In this document: positions 30,919 through 41,305 of the stretch, in pieces
Numbering within the stretch: position 1 is the first letter of the stretch
Layout of the letters: every line of letters begins with the position of its first letter
Origin: Abditibacterium sp.
Lineage (GTDB): Bacteria > Armatimonadota > Abditibacteriia > Abditibacteriales > Abditibacteriaceae
DNA length: 64,000 nt
Assembly: GCA_965199495.1 (NCBI GenBank)
Contig: CBDASK010000003.1
Location: forward strand, 1,696,001 to 1,760,000
Direction of reading: 5' to 3'
Made by a program: the position numbers and the translations under genes
The notes under the pieces: generated by a model
Told to the model about the DNA's origin: nothing
What the model saw: the letters and a program-made list of their open reading frames with translations, nothing else
Databases searched by the model: none

Positions 30919-32445
30919 TTAAGCCTTCGCCTTTTCCGCGACTTTGCCGCTATCGTGGCCCGAACCGCGCAGACGAAACGCCAGAAAAAACGCGCCCATC
31001 ATGATAATGCCGCCCGCGATAAACGGCGCGCCCGCCGCGATGGTGCCGAACAAAACGCCGCCCAAGTTCGGGCCAACGATGCGGCCCAGACTTTGGGTGG
31101 ATTGATAAATGCCCAGCAGTTCGCCGCGCTCGTTTTCGGGCGCGTATTGCGAAACCAGCGAAGTCAAAACCGGCGTCGAAATGCCGTTGCCCAGCGTCAA
31201 AATGCCGCACGCCAGATATTGGCCCCAGATCACACCCGGCAAAATGCCCTCGACAATCGCGACGCTGACCAAGCCACATGCCATGATTAATGTGCCCGCC
31301 AGCACAAGTGGCACTTCGCCAAACATTTTTTGCAGTGGCCGAATTAACCCGCCCTGCACAATCAGCGACAAAATGCCGATGACGCCGAAAATGTAGCCGA
31401 TCAAACGCGCCGATTCGGGGCGCACGATGAGTTTTTCGACTTCGCGCCAGCTCAAACCGGGCGGCGGCGCGGCGCCTTTAAAAGTGAAATCGCCGCCCAA
31501 CGATTTGGGATAAGGCTGCGTCGCATCGTCGGCACCCGTCGGCGTGGCTGCTTCGCCCGTTGGCGGCATCGGCGCGGTTTCGCGGTCGGCGGAGTGTAAG
31601 GTTTGCGCGCGCACGGCGGCGGCTTGCGGGTTACGGCGAATCTCGCTTTGCACCAAAGGCCGCGTGTAATCCTTGAGAATAAACAGCGCGTAAGTGCCCT
31701 GAATCGTGGCAAACGCCGCCGTTGCCAGAAAACCGATGAGAATAGCTTCGTTGAGATGCGGAATTTTCAAGGCGTGCGCAAATCCCGTGATGAAAGAACG
31801 CTTATTGTTTTTGTTTTCCTCGGCATTTTTGCGCGTGGCTTCGGGCAAAGTCTCGCGCAAGAAATTCAGCGCCAACGCCCAGTTGAGCAAAGCCAGTCCG
31901 CCCGAAAACGCGCCCAAACCCAGATTGCCGCCCCACACGCCGGGCAGATGCGTCAACGCCGAACCGATGAGCGGCCCGATGGCGAAGGCGATGCCGAACG
32001 TGGCGCCGAACAAACCGAAGTTTTTGGCGCGTTCTTGCGGCGGTGTAATGTCCGACAAATACGCCTGCGCCGTGCCGATGTTGCCGCCCGTGATGCCGTC
32101 AATAATGCGCGCGGCGAACAGAAACCACAGCGACGAAGCGAACGCGAAAAATGCGTAGCCGACGGCGGTGCCAAAAATCGAATAAAGCAAAACCGGACGG
32201 CGCCCAATGCGGTCGGAAAGTCGGCCCCAGAACGGCGTGAACAAAAAGCCCATCATCGAATAGACCGAAGCCAACAGGCCCGCCATCTGCGGCGTGGCTC
32301 CAAACTGCGCCGCATAAACTGCCAACTGCGGGATGATGATGGAAAAGCCCAGCACGTCCAAAAACGCGGTGAACAGAATCGTATACGAGGCGCGTTTGCG
32401 CTGCGCATCGGTCAATGGGGAAGCAAAAGTAGGGGCAGAAGACAC
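30919..32445 (-). CDS. MFS transporter (TetA/DHA1-like)
   Basis: GRLSDRIGRRPVL, ARIIDGITGG, FAIGPLIG. Confidence 0.9.
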   Translation of the reverse strand: MSSAPTFASPLTDAQRKRASYTILFTAFLDVLGFSIIIPQLAVYAAQFGATPQMAGLLASVYSMMGFLFTPFWGRLSDRIGRRPVLLYSIFGTAVGYAFFAFASSLWFLFAARIIDGITGGNIGTAQAYLSDITPPQERAKNFGLFGATFGIAFAIGPLIGSALTHLPGVWGGNLGLGAFSGGLALLNWALALNFLRETLPEATRKNAEENKNNKRSFITGFAHALKIPHLNEAILIGFLATAAFATIQGTYALFILKDYTRPLVQSEIRRNPQAAAVRAQTLHSADRETAPMPPTGEAATPTGADDATQPYPKSLGGDFTFKGAAPPPGLSWREVEKLIVRPESARLIGYIFGVIGILSLIVQGGLIRPLQKMFGEVPLVLAGTLIMACGLVSVAIVEGILPGVIWGQYLACGILTLGNGISTPVLTSLVSQYAPENERGELLGIYQSTQSLGRIVGPNLGGVLFGTIAAGAPFIAGGIIMMGAFFLAFRLRGSGHDSGKVAEKAKA

Positions 32446-32463
32446 GAGAAAACCAAGTGCATT

Positions 32464-32688
32464 TTAATTCAATCGCGCCGTCTCAGTGAGCCGGATTTGA
32501 GGAAAACTGTGACAGAGCATTGGGCACGCGCGAACAGCCACGCGCCACGAAATGCGTTCGGGATAAACAATTTTGCCGACCGGAACATCAAGCGCATTGT
32601 TTGTAGGCGCCGAAGGAAATTTGCTGGAGCCACCGCCGCAAGCGGCAACGGCGGGCAACAAAGCGAGCGCGAAAAATGCGTTTTGCAT
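32464..32688 (-). pseudogene. Truncated paralogue of the adjacent TolB-like lipoprotein
   Basis: AFFALALLPAVAACGGGS...GKIVY matches the neighbour's AFFALALLPALAVAGCGGGS...GRIIY, then similarity ends. Confidence 0.6.
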
Positions 32689-32721
32689 CGTAAAAATTTC
32701 AGATGGGCGCAAAATCGTTTG

Positions 32722-33744
32722 TCAACGACTCCAAACGGGGCTTGTCTGACGCGCGTCCACACCGGTAACAAACGCGCGCGATTCGCTAAGGCCATCGGCG
32801 CGCGTGATGTAAATGTGAGATGGCGCCGAGGCGAAGCTATTAACGCCGTAGATCAAGAAGCGACCATCGGGCGAATAGGAAACTCGTGTTTTTAGTCCCT
32901 CTTGAGCAGGCACGATTCTCTCGGCTCCGCTCTTCAAATCAACAACGCTGATTTGCGATGTTTCGCCATTGACCAAACCCGAAAGAAACGCGACCTGTTT
33001 GCCATCGGGTGAAAAAACCGCGCTTGATTTGTAAGTCTCGCTCGAAGTTATGCGGCGCGGCGTGCCCACGGCATCGGCGGCGATAAGATAAATCTGTATG
33101 TTGCTTTGGGTGGTCGATCTCGCGATTGCGGCGACGGTTTTGCCGTCCGGCGAAAACGTGGGAGAGTCAAACGAGTTCACAGAACTGTCGGTGGCCTGCG
33201 TAATTGCGCGTGGCTGGCTCTGCCCATCGGCTGAAATCACGTAAACAATGCTCGTTGGATAACGCGAAAGGAAGACATCGCGCGTGTAAACCAATTGTTT
33301 TCCATCGGGCGACCACGCGGGAGCCTTATAATTGATGTTCGCATTGGGCAAACTGCGCAAATCCGAACCGTCGGCGTTCATCGTGTAAAGCGTGTAATAT
33401 TGGATGTTATAATTGACGAAAGCCACGCGCGTGCCATCGGGAGAAATCGCCGGATTATCGTTATCAAATCGCAAACTTTCGGGCGTCAAACGGCGCGCAT
33501 CCGTGCCATCGGTGCGCGCACTGTAAATCGCGCTTTGGCCGACGACTGCGCCCGGCCCCGCCGGTAAATCCGGCCCAGTCTGCGAATAAATAATGCGTCC
33601 ACTCAATTCGCTCGCACTCGGCGCGGGTTTCAAAGCGCCGCCCGTCGAAGGCAAATTCGTCGAGCCGCCGCCGCAACCAGCCACGGCGAGGGCGGGCAAC
33701 AATGCGAGCGCGAAAAATGCGCGTCGTGTCGTGAAAAATTTCAT
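32722..33744 (-). CDS. TolB-like PD40 beta-propeller lipoprotein
   Basis: Lipobox VAGC; repeated SPDG motifs. Confidence 0.88.
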   Translation of the reverse strand: MKFFTTRRAFFALALLPALAVAGCGGGSTNLPSTGGALKPAPSASELSGRIIYSQTGPDLPAGPGAVVGQSAIYSARTDGTDARRLTPESLRFDNDNPAISPDGTRVAFVNYNIQYYTLYTMNADGSDLRSLPNANINYKAPAWSPDGKQLVYTRDVFLSRYPTSIVYVISADGQSQPRAITQATDSSVNSFDSPTFSPDGKTVAAIARSTTQSNIQIYLIAADAVGTPRRITSSETYKSSAVFSPDGKQVAFLSGLVNGETSQISVVDLKSGAERIVPAQEGLKTRVSYSPDGRFLIYGVNSFASAPSHIYITRADGLSESRAFVTGVDARQTSPVWSR

Positions 33745-33782
33745 GTGCGCGCAAGTTTTGGCGGTTTGGGCGCGCGTGTCAA

Positions 33783-35204
33783 TTAGTTCGTTTTCGCCAC
33801 GCCCAACGCGCCGCGCACCGCGTCAATCGTCGCATTTATTTCGTCATCGCCGTGGCACAAACTCACGAACGCAGCCTCGAATTGCGCGGGAGGCAGATAG
33901 ACGCCGCGTTCCAGCATCGCGTGGAAAAAACGGCCATACATCGTTAAATCGCTGGCTTTGGCTTGCGCGTAACTTGTCACCGGATTGGCGTTGAAAAATA
34001 GCGTCCACATCGAACCTTGGCGCTGCAACTGCGCTTCGATTTTATGTTGTTTTAGCGCGTCCAATATTCCAGCTTCGAGTTGCGCGCCGCGCGTTTCGAG
34101 TTGCGCGTAACTTGCGTCGTTGAGTGCGTTCAATGTCGCCAAACCCGCCGTCATGGCGATGGGATTTCCACTCAAAGTTCCGGCTTGATAAACCGGGCCG
34201 GAGGGCGAAACCATTTCCATGATGTCGCGCCGACCGCCGTAGGCGCCGACGGGAAAACCGCCGCCGATGATTTTGCCCAGCGTCGTCAAATCGGGCGTGA
34301 TGCCGCACAAACTTTGGTAGCCGCCTTTGGCGACGCGAAAACCGGTCATCACTTCGTCGAATAATAACAAGGCGCCGACGCGTTGCGTTTCTTCGCGTAG
34401 CATTTGCAGAAAGCCGTCTTTTGGCGGCACCAAACCCATGTTGGCGGGCAACGGCTCAACAGCCACGACGGCGAGGTCGGCGCCGATTTCGCGGATTAAA
34501 CTCCGCGTGCCTTCAATGTCGTTGAAGGTCGCCGAAACCGTGTCGGCGATTTGCGCGGGCGTGACGCCCGCCGAATCGGGCGCGCCCAGAGTTGTCGCGC
34601 CGCTTCCCGCTTGCACCAACAAGGCGTCGGCGTGGCCGTGATAGCAACCGGCGAATTTGATCGTTTTGCGGCGCTTGGGATCCTCTCGCATCGCCCAGCC
34701 ACGGGCGGCGCGCAGCGCGCCCATCACGGCTTCCGTCCCCGAATTGACCATGCGCACCATTTCAATCGAAGGCACGGCGGCGCAGACGGCGCGCGCCATT
34801 TCGACTTCGAGCGCGCTCGGCGCGCCAAACGAAGTGCCGCGATCCAATTGCGCGCGCACCGCGTCGTTGATGAGCGGCGATGCGTGGCCCAAAATCAGCG
34901 GCCCCCACGAACCGACGTAATCTATATATTTGTTATCGTCGGCGTCCCACAGATAGGCGCCATTTCCGCGCGCCATGAAACGCGGCGTGCCGCCGACGGC
35001 GCCAAACGCGCGCACGGGCGAATTGACGCCACCCGGCATGATTTGTTGGGCCTGCGCGAACAGTTCGCTCGACCGCGTCTGGGTTTGATGCGACGGCGGC
35101 AAGGCGGAACCGGGTAAAGTATCGGTCAGGCCGTCGTGCGATGTGGCGGGCGCGAGAGCGGAATTATCGGGGGAAGCGGAAGAAAGTTCGGCGGTTTTCA
35201 TCAT
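33783..35204 (-). CDS. hemL: Glutamate-1-semialdehyde 2,1-aminomutase
   Basis: PGGVNSPVRAF, NSGTEA, DEVMTGFR, GKIIGGG, YQAGTLSGNP. Confidence 0.97.
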   Translation of the reverse strand: MMKTAELSSASPDNSALAPATSHDGLTDTLPGSALPPSHQTQTRSSELFAQAQQIMPGGVNSPVRAFGAVGGTPRFMARGNGAYLWDADDNKYIDYVGSWGPLILGHASPLINDAVRAQLDRGTSFGAPSALEVEMARAVCAAVPSIEMVRMVNSGTEAVMGALRAARGWAMREDPKRRKTIKFAGCYHGHADALLVQAGSGATTLGAPDSAGVTPAQIADTVSATFNDIEGTRSLIREIGADLAVVAVEPLPANMGLVPPKDGFLQMLREETQRVGALLLFDEVMTGFRVAKGGYQSLCGITPDLTTLGKIIGGGFPVGAYGGRRDIMEMVSPSGPVYQAGTLSGNPIAMTAGLATLNALNDASYAQLETRGAQLEAGILDALKQHKIEAQLQRQGSMWTLFFNANPVTSYAQAKASDLTMYGRFFHAMLERGVYLPPAQFEAAFVSLCHGDDEINATIDAVRGALGVAKTN

Positions 35205-35404
35205 GTTTAACTTTTAAAAACGAGCAACGCGCAAAAAAATGTCGGCGTGTTTGTGGCTAATTCGTCTCAATTTTGCGAAAATATGCGGAATAGAGTGTGG
35301 CCAATTTGGTGAATTAATGTAGGTTGTTCATTGAACCAATGGAGCAACTCCAACGCCCAAAAATGCGCGTTCAAATTTGCCAACCCAGTATAAAGAGGCA
35401 TTAC

Positions 35405-35887
35405 ATGATGGATAACAGCAGAAATTTCAAAACTTCAAGCGGACAAGTGAGCTTAATTCGTCGAAACAAAGGACGGCGGCGCGGCGCGGCTTTGGTCGAG
35501 TTCGCTCTGGTTTCGGTCGTGTTCCTGACGATGCTGCTGGGTATGCTGCAATTCGGCATTTATCTGAGCGCCACAAACACGCTGTGGAACGGTGCGCGCG
35601 AAGGTGCGCGTGTGGCGGCGGTTTTGAACAATTCCCTGACGACCGCCGATGCTGATGCGCAGATTCGCGCCCAGGTCGTCAAAACTATCGCGCCGCTCGA
35701 AGCCAGCAAAGTCACGGTCACCATCACGCCCGCCGATTCGAGCGCGCGCACCTACGGCACGCCCGTGACGGTGCGCCTGAGTTACGATATGCGCAGCAAG
35801 CTCTTTCTTCCTTTTCCCGACAAATTGTTTGGTCGCGGTCTGGGCAAAGATTACGTGACGTATGCGACCATGCGCAAAGAAAATTAA
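35405..35887 (+). CDS. TadE/TadG-family pseudopilin
   Basis: RRGAALVEFALV...GAREGAR. Confidence 0.88.
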   Translation: MMDNSRNFKTSSGQVSLIRRNKGRRRGAALVEFALVSVVFLTMLLGMLQFGIYLSATNTLWNGAREGARVAAVLNNSLTTADADAQIRAQVVKTIAPLEASKVTVTITPADSSARTYGTPVTVRLSYDMRSKLFLPFPDKLFGRGLGKDYVTYATMRKEN

Positions 35888-36004
35888 GCCGTAAAACCGA
35901 TTGATTCAGGAGACCACCTCATCGCCAACGCCCCTATTTTTTCGCGCCCTCGACGCATCAACCGATTTTTCCGCCCGCAAAGCGCACTGACCGACTGCGT
36001 CGCT

Positions 36005-37465
36005 ATGCGCCGAATACGGGCGTTGCCGGTGGCTTGTCATGCAGCCACGGCGACGCGGCGTGGCTCTTATCGGGCGCGGCGTCGCGGAGTTTCGCTGTAT
36101 CTGTTTGTGCTGGCGTTTCCGATGATGATCGGCGTGTTGGGCATCGTGATCGATCTGGGAAACCTCTACACCAAGCGCGCCCAAGCCCAACGCGCCGCCG
36201 ATGCCGCCGCCATTGCGGGCGCGATGGAAGGAGCCAACGGCGATATTAACGGCAAGGCGCAGACTTATGCCGCGCTCAACGGTTATCAAGATGGCGTCAA
36301 CGGCGCCCGCGTCAGCGTGGTTTCCGATGTCGGCGACACCTCGACCGAAGTGCAGGTCACGGTCGCGCGCAAAGAAGCGGTTTACTTCGCGCCGATTCTC
36401 GAAGGTTTCCTCAAGGCGACGGGACAAGGGCAGACCGCCGCGCAGTTTTCGCGTGAAGTTTCGGCGCAGGGAACGGCGCGCATTCGCGCGTCTTTGCCGC
36501 TGGGTTTGGGCGGCATTTATGGCATCGCCGACCCGGCGCGTTCGCCGGTTAATAACTCGATTGTCGGCCCTTATGCGCGCTACGATTTCGGCGACGCGTT
36601 CGCGACGAAATTTTTGCAGGACGGCGTCACGCCCAACCCGCGCTATAGCGCGAGCAATGGCGTGCAGGAATATACGCTGCATATCACGACGGCTTATTTG
36701 AACAAACATTCGGATGTAGCGCTGCAAATCTTCGATCCCGATTGTTACGGCGGCGCCAGCCAATACGACGAGATTTGGGCGCCCAACGCCAACATTCCCA
36801 ATCCGCCGCCCGGCCCCAACGAAACCACAACGGTTTACGAATTGGTGCGGCCCGACGGACAAACCATCGCGAGCGCGACTTATGGCGCCGACCCCGCCAC
36901 CGAAGGGAAATGGGTGACGCCCAACGGTTTTAGTTTCACGCCGACGGTGGCGGGCGATTACAAACTGCGCGTTAGCACGCCCTCCGGTTCGAGCGAAAAC
37001 GGCTTTCAACTGCGCGCCGGGCCAAGCGCGGGCACAACTCTCAGCGACGACGCGTGGAACCAAACTTATGGCGACAAAAATGGCACCGATCAAAGCAACG
37101 TCGCGCTGGGCATTGATGCCGGTAAACATTTGCAACTCAATTTCACCCAGAGCGGCAAAGTGAAATTTCGTCTGGGTTATGTGCCCGCTCAGGATGCCGG
37201 GAACGTGATTAGCGTGTCGAAGTTCGATGTGGATGTCGGTTCGCAAAGCATCGCTTACTCCTGCGATACCTTGCCGGGCCAGACGTTCCCCGGCGTGATT
37301 CCCAATCCCAGCAACGGCACATGGTCAACCGATAACATACCGATTCCACCGGGTTATACGGGCGGGAACTGGTATGCCGAATACGTCGCCGCCAAGTTCG
37401 ACACCTCGACTTGGATGTTGAGCGGACAATCCGGCACCGACCGCGAAGTTCGACTGATTAAGTAA
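36005..37465 (+). CDS. TadG-like pilus assembly protein, copy 1 (start uncertain)
   Basis: RRRG-hydrophobic helix-IDLG...AQRAADAAAIAGA. Confidence 0.82.
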   Translation: MRRIRALPVACHAATATRRGSYRARRRGVSLYLFVLAFPMMIGVLGIVIDLGNLYTKRAQAQRAADAAAIAGAMEGANGDINGKAQTYAALNGYQDGVNGARVSVVSDVGDTSTEVQVTVARKEAVYFAPILEGFLKATGQGQTAAQFSREVSAQGTARIRASLPLGLGGIYGIADPARSPVNNSIVGPYARYDFGDAFATKFLQDGVTPNPRYSASNGVQEYTLHITTAYLNKHSDVALQIFDPDCYGGASQYDEIWAPNANIPNPPPGPNETTTVYELVRPDGQTIASATYGADPATEGKWVTPNGFSFTPTVAGDYKLRVSTPSGSSENGFQLRAGPSAGTTLSDDAWNQTYGDKNGTDQSNVALGIDAGKHLQLNFTQSGKVKFRLGYVPAQDAGNVISVSKFDVDVGSQSIAYSCDTLPGQTFPGVIPNPSNGTWSTDNIPIPPGYTGGNWYAEYVAAKFDTSTWMLSGQSGTDREVRLIK

Positions 37466-37516
37466 CAAGCCACGGGCAACACCAAAGATTGCGCCGTTTC
37501 ACATCTTGATTTTGCC

Positions 37517-38986
37517 ATGCAAGTTTCAATTTTTTTCTCTTGTTCCAACGCCGCGCCAACGCTTCGCGCGCGACGTGGCTCTTATCGGGCGCGGCGTCGC
37601 GGCGTTTCTCTGTATCTGTTTGTGCTGGCGTTTCCGATGATGATCGGCGTGCTGGGCATCGTGATTGATCTGGGAAACCTCTACACCAAGCGCGCGCAAG
37701 CTCAACGCGCTGCCGATGCAGCAGCCATTGCGGGCGCGATGGATTCGGGCGTGACCGGCGGCGATATGTTTGCCAAAGCGCGCCAATACGCCGCGCTCAA
37801 CGGCTACGACGATGGGGTCAACGGCGCGCGCGTTGATGTGAGTTCGGTCGTGACGCAGGGCGATACCGAATTGCAGGTGACAGTCTCGCGCCGCGAAGCG
37901 GTTTATTTCGCGCCGATTCTCGAAGGTTTTCTCCGAGCCATTGGCCAATCGCAAAGTGCCGCGCAGTTTTCGCGCAATGTTTCGGCGCAAGGCGCGGCGC
38001 GCACGCGGGTTTCGTTGCCGCTGGGATTGGGCGGCGTCTACGGCGTGGCCGATCCTTCGCAATCGCCAGTCAACAACTCGGTTTTTGGCCCCTACGCCAA
38101 TTACAATTTTGGCGATGCCTACTCGGTCAAATATCTGCAAGACGGCTCGCCCAACCCGCGCTACAACACAACGGGCGGCGTCGGCGAATATACGCTCAAC
38201 GTGACCAGCGAATATCTGCGCAAATATCCCGGCGACATCGCGCTGCAAATCTACGATCCCGACTGTTACAACGGCGCCAATGGTTACGACGAAATTCGCC
38301 CGCCCAACACCAAAATCAACCCCAAGCCGACCGGCCCGCAGGAAACCAAGACGGTTTACGAACTTTATGCGCCCGGAGCAGCCACGCCGCTGGCAACCGC
38401 CAGTTACGGCGCCGATCCCACCGCCGACGGCAAATGGGTGACGCCCAATGGTTTCAGTTTCACGCCGACGATGGCGGGCGCCTATAAAATCAAGGTGCGC
38501 ACGACCGATGGTTCGAGCGAGAACGGTTTCCAGTTGCGCGCTGGCCCCGCCAGTGGCGCGGGCAAACCGGACGCCGAGTGGAACCAGACTTACGGCGACA
38601 AAGGCGGGACGGCTCCCAACGATGTCGCGCTGGGCATTGACGCCAACGATCATTTGCAACTCAACTTCACCCAAAGCGGCAAGGTGAAATTTCGTCTGGG
38701 CTACGTGCCGAAAAATCAGGCGGGCAAAACCATCAGCGTCAACAAGTTCGATGTGGATGTCGGATCAACCAGCATCGTTTACTCGTGCGATACCATCCCC
38801 GATAAATTCACCGGAACACTGCCGCAACCCGGCGACGGCGTCTGGTCAACCGACGACATCAAAGTGCCCGACAGTTACACCGGCGGAAATTGGTATGCCG
38901 AATACACTGCGGGCAGAGGCGACAGCTCGACTTGGACGCTGAGCGGTTCGGGCGGCGACGGACGCGAAGTGCGCTTGATTCGTTAA
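37517..38986 (+). CDS. TadG-like pilus assembly protein, copy 2
   Basis: Same N-terminal motif; colinear paralogue of copy 1. Confidence 0.82.
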   Translation: MQVSIFFSCSNAAPTLRARRGSYRARRRGVSLYLFVLAFPMMIGVLGIVIDLGNLYTKRAQAQRAADAAAIAGAMDSGVTGGDMFAKARQYAALNGYDDGVNGARVDVSSVVTQGDTELQVTVSRREAVYFAPILEGFLRAIGQSQSAAQFSRNVSAQGAARTRVSLPLGLGGVYGVADPSQSPVNNSVFGPYANYNFGDAYSVKYLQDGSPNPRYNTTGGVGEYTLNVTSEYLRKYPGDIALQIYDPDCYNGANGYDEIRPPNTKINPKPTGPQETKTVYELYAPGAATPLATASYGADPTADGKWVTPNGFSFTPTMAGAYKIKVRTTDGSSENGFQLRAGPASGAGKPDAEWNQTYGDKGGTAPNDVALGIDANDHLQLNFTQSGKVKFRLGYVPKNQAGKTISVNKFDVDVGSTSIVYSCDTIPDKFTGTLPQPGDGVWSTDDIKVPDSYTGGNWYAEYTAGRGDSSTWTLSGSGGDGREVRLIR

Positions 38987-39006
38987 GCACAGAATAGGAA
39001 AGCGAG

Positions 39007-39171
39007 CCGTAGGGGCTTGCCGCGCAAGCCCTTCTTCTGGTGTCATTTTGGGCTTGTGCGACAAGCCCCTACGGGTGCTATGGGTGCGTTGCGGCGAATT
39101 GCAACTACGGTAACGTCGCGCAACGTGGCGCCGTCGCGCAAGCTACGGGTGCGTTGCGGCGAATTGCAACT
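39007..39171. repeat. GTAG-REP doublet variant plus 25-bp direct repeat
   Basis: CCGTAGGGGCTTGCCGCGCAAGCCC / GGGCTTGTGCGACAAGCCCCTACGG (39007-39074); GGGTGCGTTGCGGCGAATTGCAACT at 39082 and 39147. Confidence 0.75.
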
Positions 39172-39302
39172 GTCGGATTAGATCGTCAAGGCGCAAAAAT
39201 GTGGGCCTGAGATCGCGCTTCGCGCGCAACTGTCCGCCTTTGCGGACAAAACCCGGCAGGAACGCGCGCGCCCGCTTTCCATCTGTGAAAAGCTCCCGTT
39301 TT

Positions 39303-40694
39303 ATGTTGAAGTCTTTTTGGTCGCAGTCGCGCCCGACGCTCGCGCTCGCCCTGCCGATTATCGCCGGGCAGGTCGCGCAAATGGCGATGGGTTTGGTGGA
39401 CAGCGCGATGGTCGGTCGCGTCGGCGTGATTCCGCTCGCGGCGGCGGCGTTCGCCAACACCTTAATTTCGGTTCCGCTCGTCTTTGGCATCGGCTTGATG
39501 CTGGCGCTTTCGATTCGCATTTCGCAAATGCGCGGCGATACTTTGCCCGCCGATTTTTCCGCCGACGCCCGAACTTCCATCGCCCAATTATTGCGACACG
39601 GAATGTTGTTGGCTTTGGTCGGCGGGCTTTTGTTGAGCGGTTCTCTGTGGATTACCAGCGAATATTTGGACAAATTCGGTCAGAGCGCCGATGTGGCCTT
39701 GCAGTCGCGCGGATTTCTGTTGTGGGTCGGCGTTTCGATTCCGTTTGTTTTGCTGATGTTCGGCCTCAAAAATTTCTGCGAGGCATTGGACAATCCGTGG
39801 GCGCCGACGCTGATTATTTCGGCATCAGTGCCACTTAATATTTTATTCAACTGGATTTTGATTTACGGCAATCTGGGCGCGCCCGCGTTGGGATTAGAGG
39901 GCGCGGGCGTCGCCACGCTGTTGGCGCGCCTCGTCTCGTTCGTCGGTTTGTGGTTTTACGTGACGCGCGCGCCGCGCTTTGCGGCGCTGATGCCGACGCG
40001 TTGGTTGGCGCGGCCCGACTGGACTTCGTTGGGCGCGCTGTTGCATTTGGGCGTGCCGACATCGCTGCAAATCGTGTTGGAGGTCGGCGCGTTTTCGGCG
40101 GCGGCGCTGATGGTCGGTTGGATCGGCGCCAAACCTTTGGCCGCGCACCAAATCGTGCTGGCGTGCGCCTCGACGACGTTTATGATTCCCTTGGGCATTT
40201 CGTTCGCCGCTTCGATTCGCGCGGGCACGGTCGCAACGCAGCCACGGCGAGCGCGCGCCTTGGGCAACAACGCGCTCATTTTAGCGCTGATGAGCGCGGG
40301 CACATCGGCGACGTTTTATTTAATCCTCCGCCAGATGATTGCCCACGCGTTCGTGGACGACGCCGCCGTGGCTGCTATTGCGACGCAACTCTTTTTGGTC
40401 GTCGCGATATTTCAAATTGTGGACGGCATTCAAGTGATGGCGGCGGGTTTACTGCGCGGTTTATCCGACGCCACGGCACCGATGCTGATTTCGCTGAGTT
40501 GCTATTGGCTCATCGGTTTGCCGTTCGGCTACATCGCCGCATTTCGCTGGGGCTGGGGCGCGCTGGGCATGTGGATAGGATTAGCAATTGCCCTCGCGTG
40601 CGCGGCGTGCGCGCTGTTCTTGCGTTTTCGCAACCGCACGTCGGGCGATAGTTTGAGCCACGATACAGAACGAGTTGAAGCGCTGAGTTATTGA
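39303..40694 (+). CDS. MATE family efflux transporter (NorM-like)
   Basis: LALPII...VDSAMVG, LIYGNLGAPALGLEGAG, AAHQI, DGIQV. Confidence 0.92.
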   Translation: MLKSFWSQSRPTLALALPIIAGQVAQMAMGLVDSAMVGRVGVIPLAAAAFANTLISVPLVFGIGLMLALSIRISQMRGDTLPADFSADARTSIAQLLRHGMLLALVGGLLLSGSLWITSEYLDKFGQSADVALQSRGFLLWVGVSIPFVLLMFGLKNFCEALDNPWAPTLIISASVPLNILFNWILIYGNLGAPALGLEGAGVATLLARLVSFVGLWFYVTRAPRFAALMPTRWLARPDWTSLGALLHLGVPTSLQIVLEVGAFSAAALMVGWIGAKPLAAHQIVLACASTTFMIPLGISFAASIRAGTVATQPRRARALGNNALILALMSAGTSATFYLILRQMIAHAFVDDAAVAAIATQLFLVVAIFQIVDGIQVMAAGLLRGLSDATAPMLISLSCYWLIGLPFGYIAAFRWGWGALGMWIGLAIALACAACALFLRFRNRTSGDSLSHDTERVEALSY

Positions 40695-40724
40695 AATTGG
40701 GCGCCGACATCAGCCATTTACAAG

Positions 40725-41186
40725 TTACGCCGAGCCGCCGTCGCGCGCAACCATTTGTTCGAGCAGTTCGATGATGCGTTCGTTTTGTGCGACTTGGCGC
40801 ACCTGCAAATCTTCCTGCGATGGGCGCGGCGGCGCTTTGACATCGGCGGCGCGGGCGCGCGCGGCGAAACGGCGCTTGACCGAATTGGAAACTTTCACCG
40901 CCACAAAAATCACGCTCGACATCAACAAAAACGAACCCAACTGCGACAAAAACGCTGCCACGCCGGAGGGCGCCGCATTGGGATCGAAGCCGACGGCATT
41001 GGCCGCGCCACCCGCCGCATCGCTGGCAGCGGCGCGCGCGGTTGCCAGCGCCATCTGAATCGGCGGCGTCACCACATTGTTAATCAGCGAGTTGACCAAT
41101 TGGCTAAACGAACCGCCAATCGAAACGCCGACAGCCAGATCAACGACGTTGCCACGCGCGATAAATTCGCGAAATTCTTTGAACAT
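40725..41186 (-). CDS. mscL: Large-conductance mechanosensitive channel
   Basis: MFKEFREFIARGNVVDLAVGV. Confidence 0.88.
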   Translation of the reverse strand: MFKEFREFIARGNVVDLAVGVSIGGSFSQLVNSLINNVVTPPIQMALATARAAASDAAGGAANAVGFDPNAAPSGVAAFLSQLGSFLLMSSVIFVAVKVSNSVKRRFAARARAADVKAPPRPSQEDLQVRQVAQNERIIELLEQMVARDGGSA

Positions 41187-41305
41187 AATGGGGGAGGAGA
41201 CGGGAGACGGGAGTCAGGAGACAGGTTTTGGCGCCATCTATCATTCGGCACTCGATTGCGCAGTAAGCAGTCCCGTCTCCTGTCTCCTGCGAACTGTCCC
41301 CTGAC

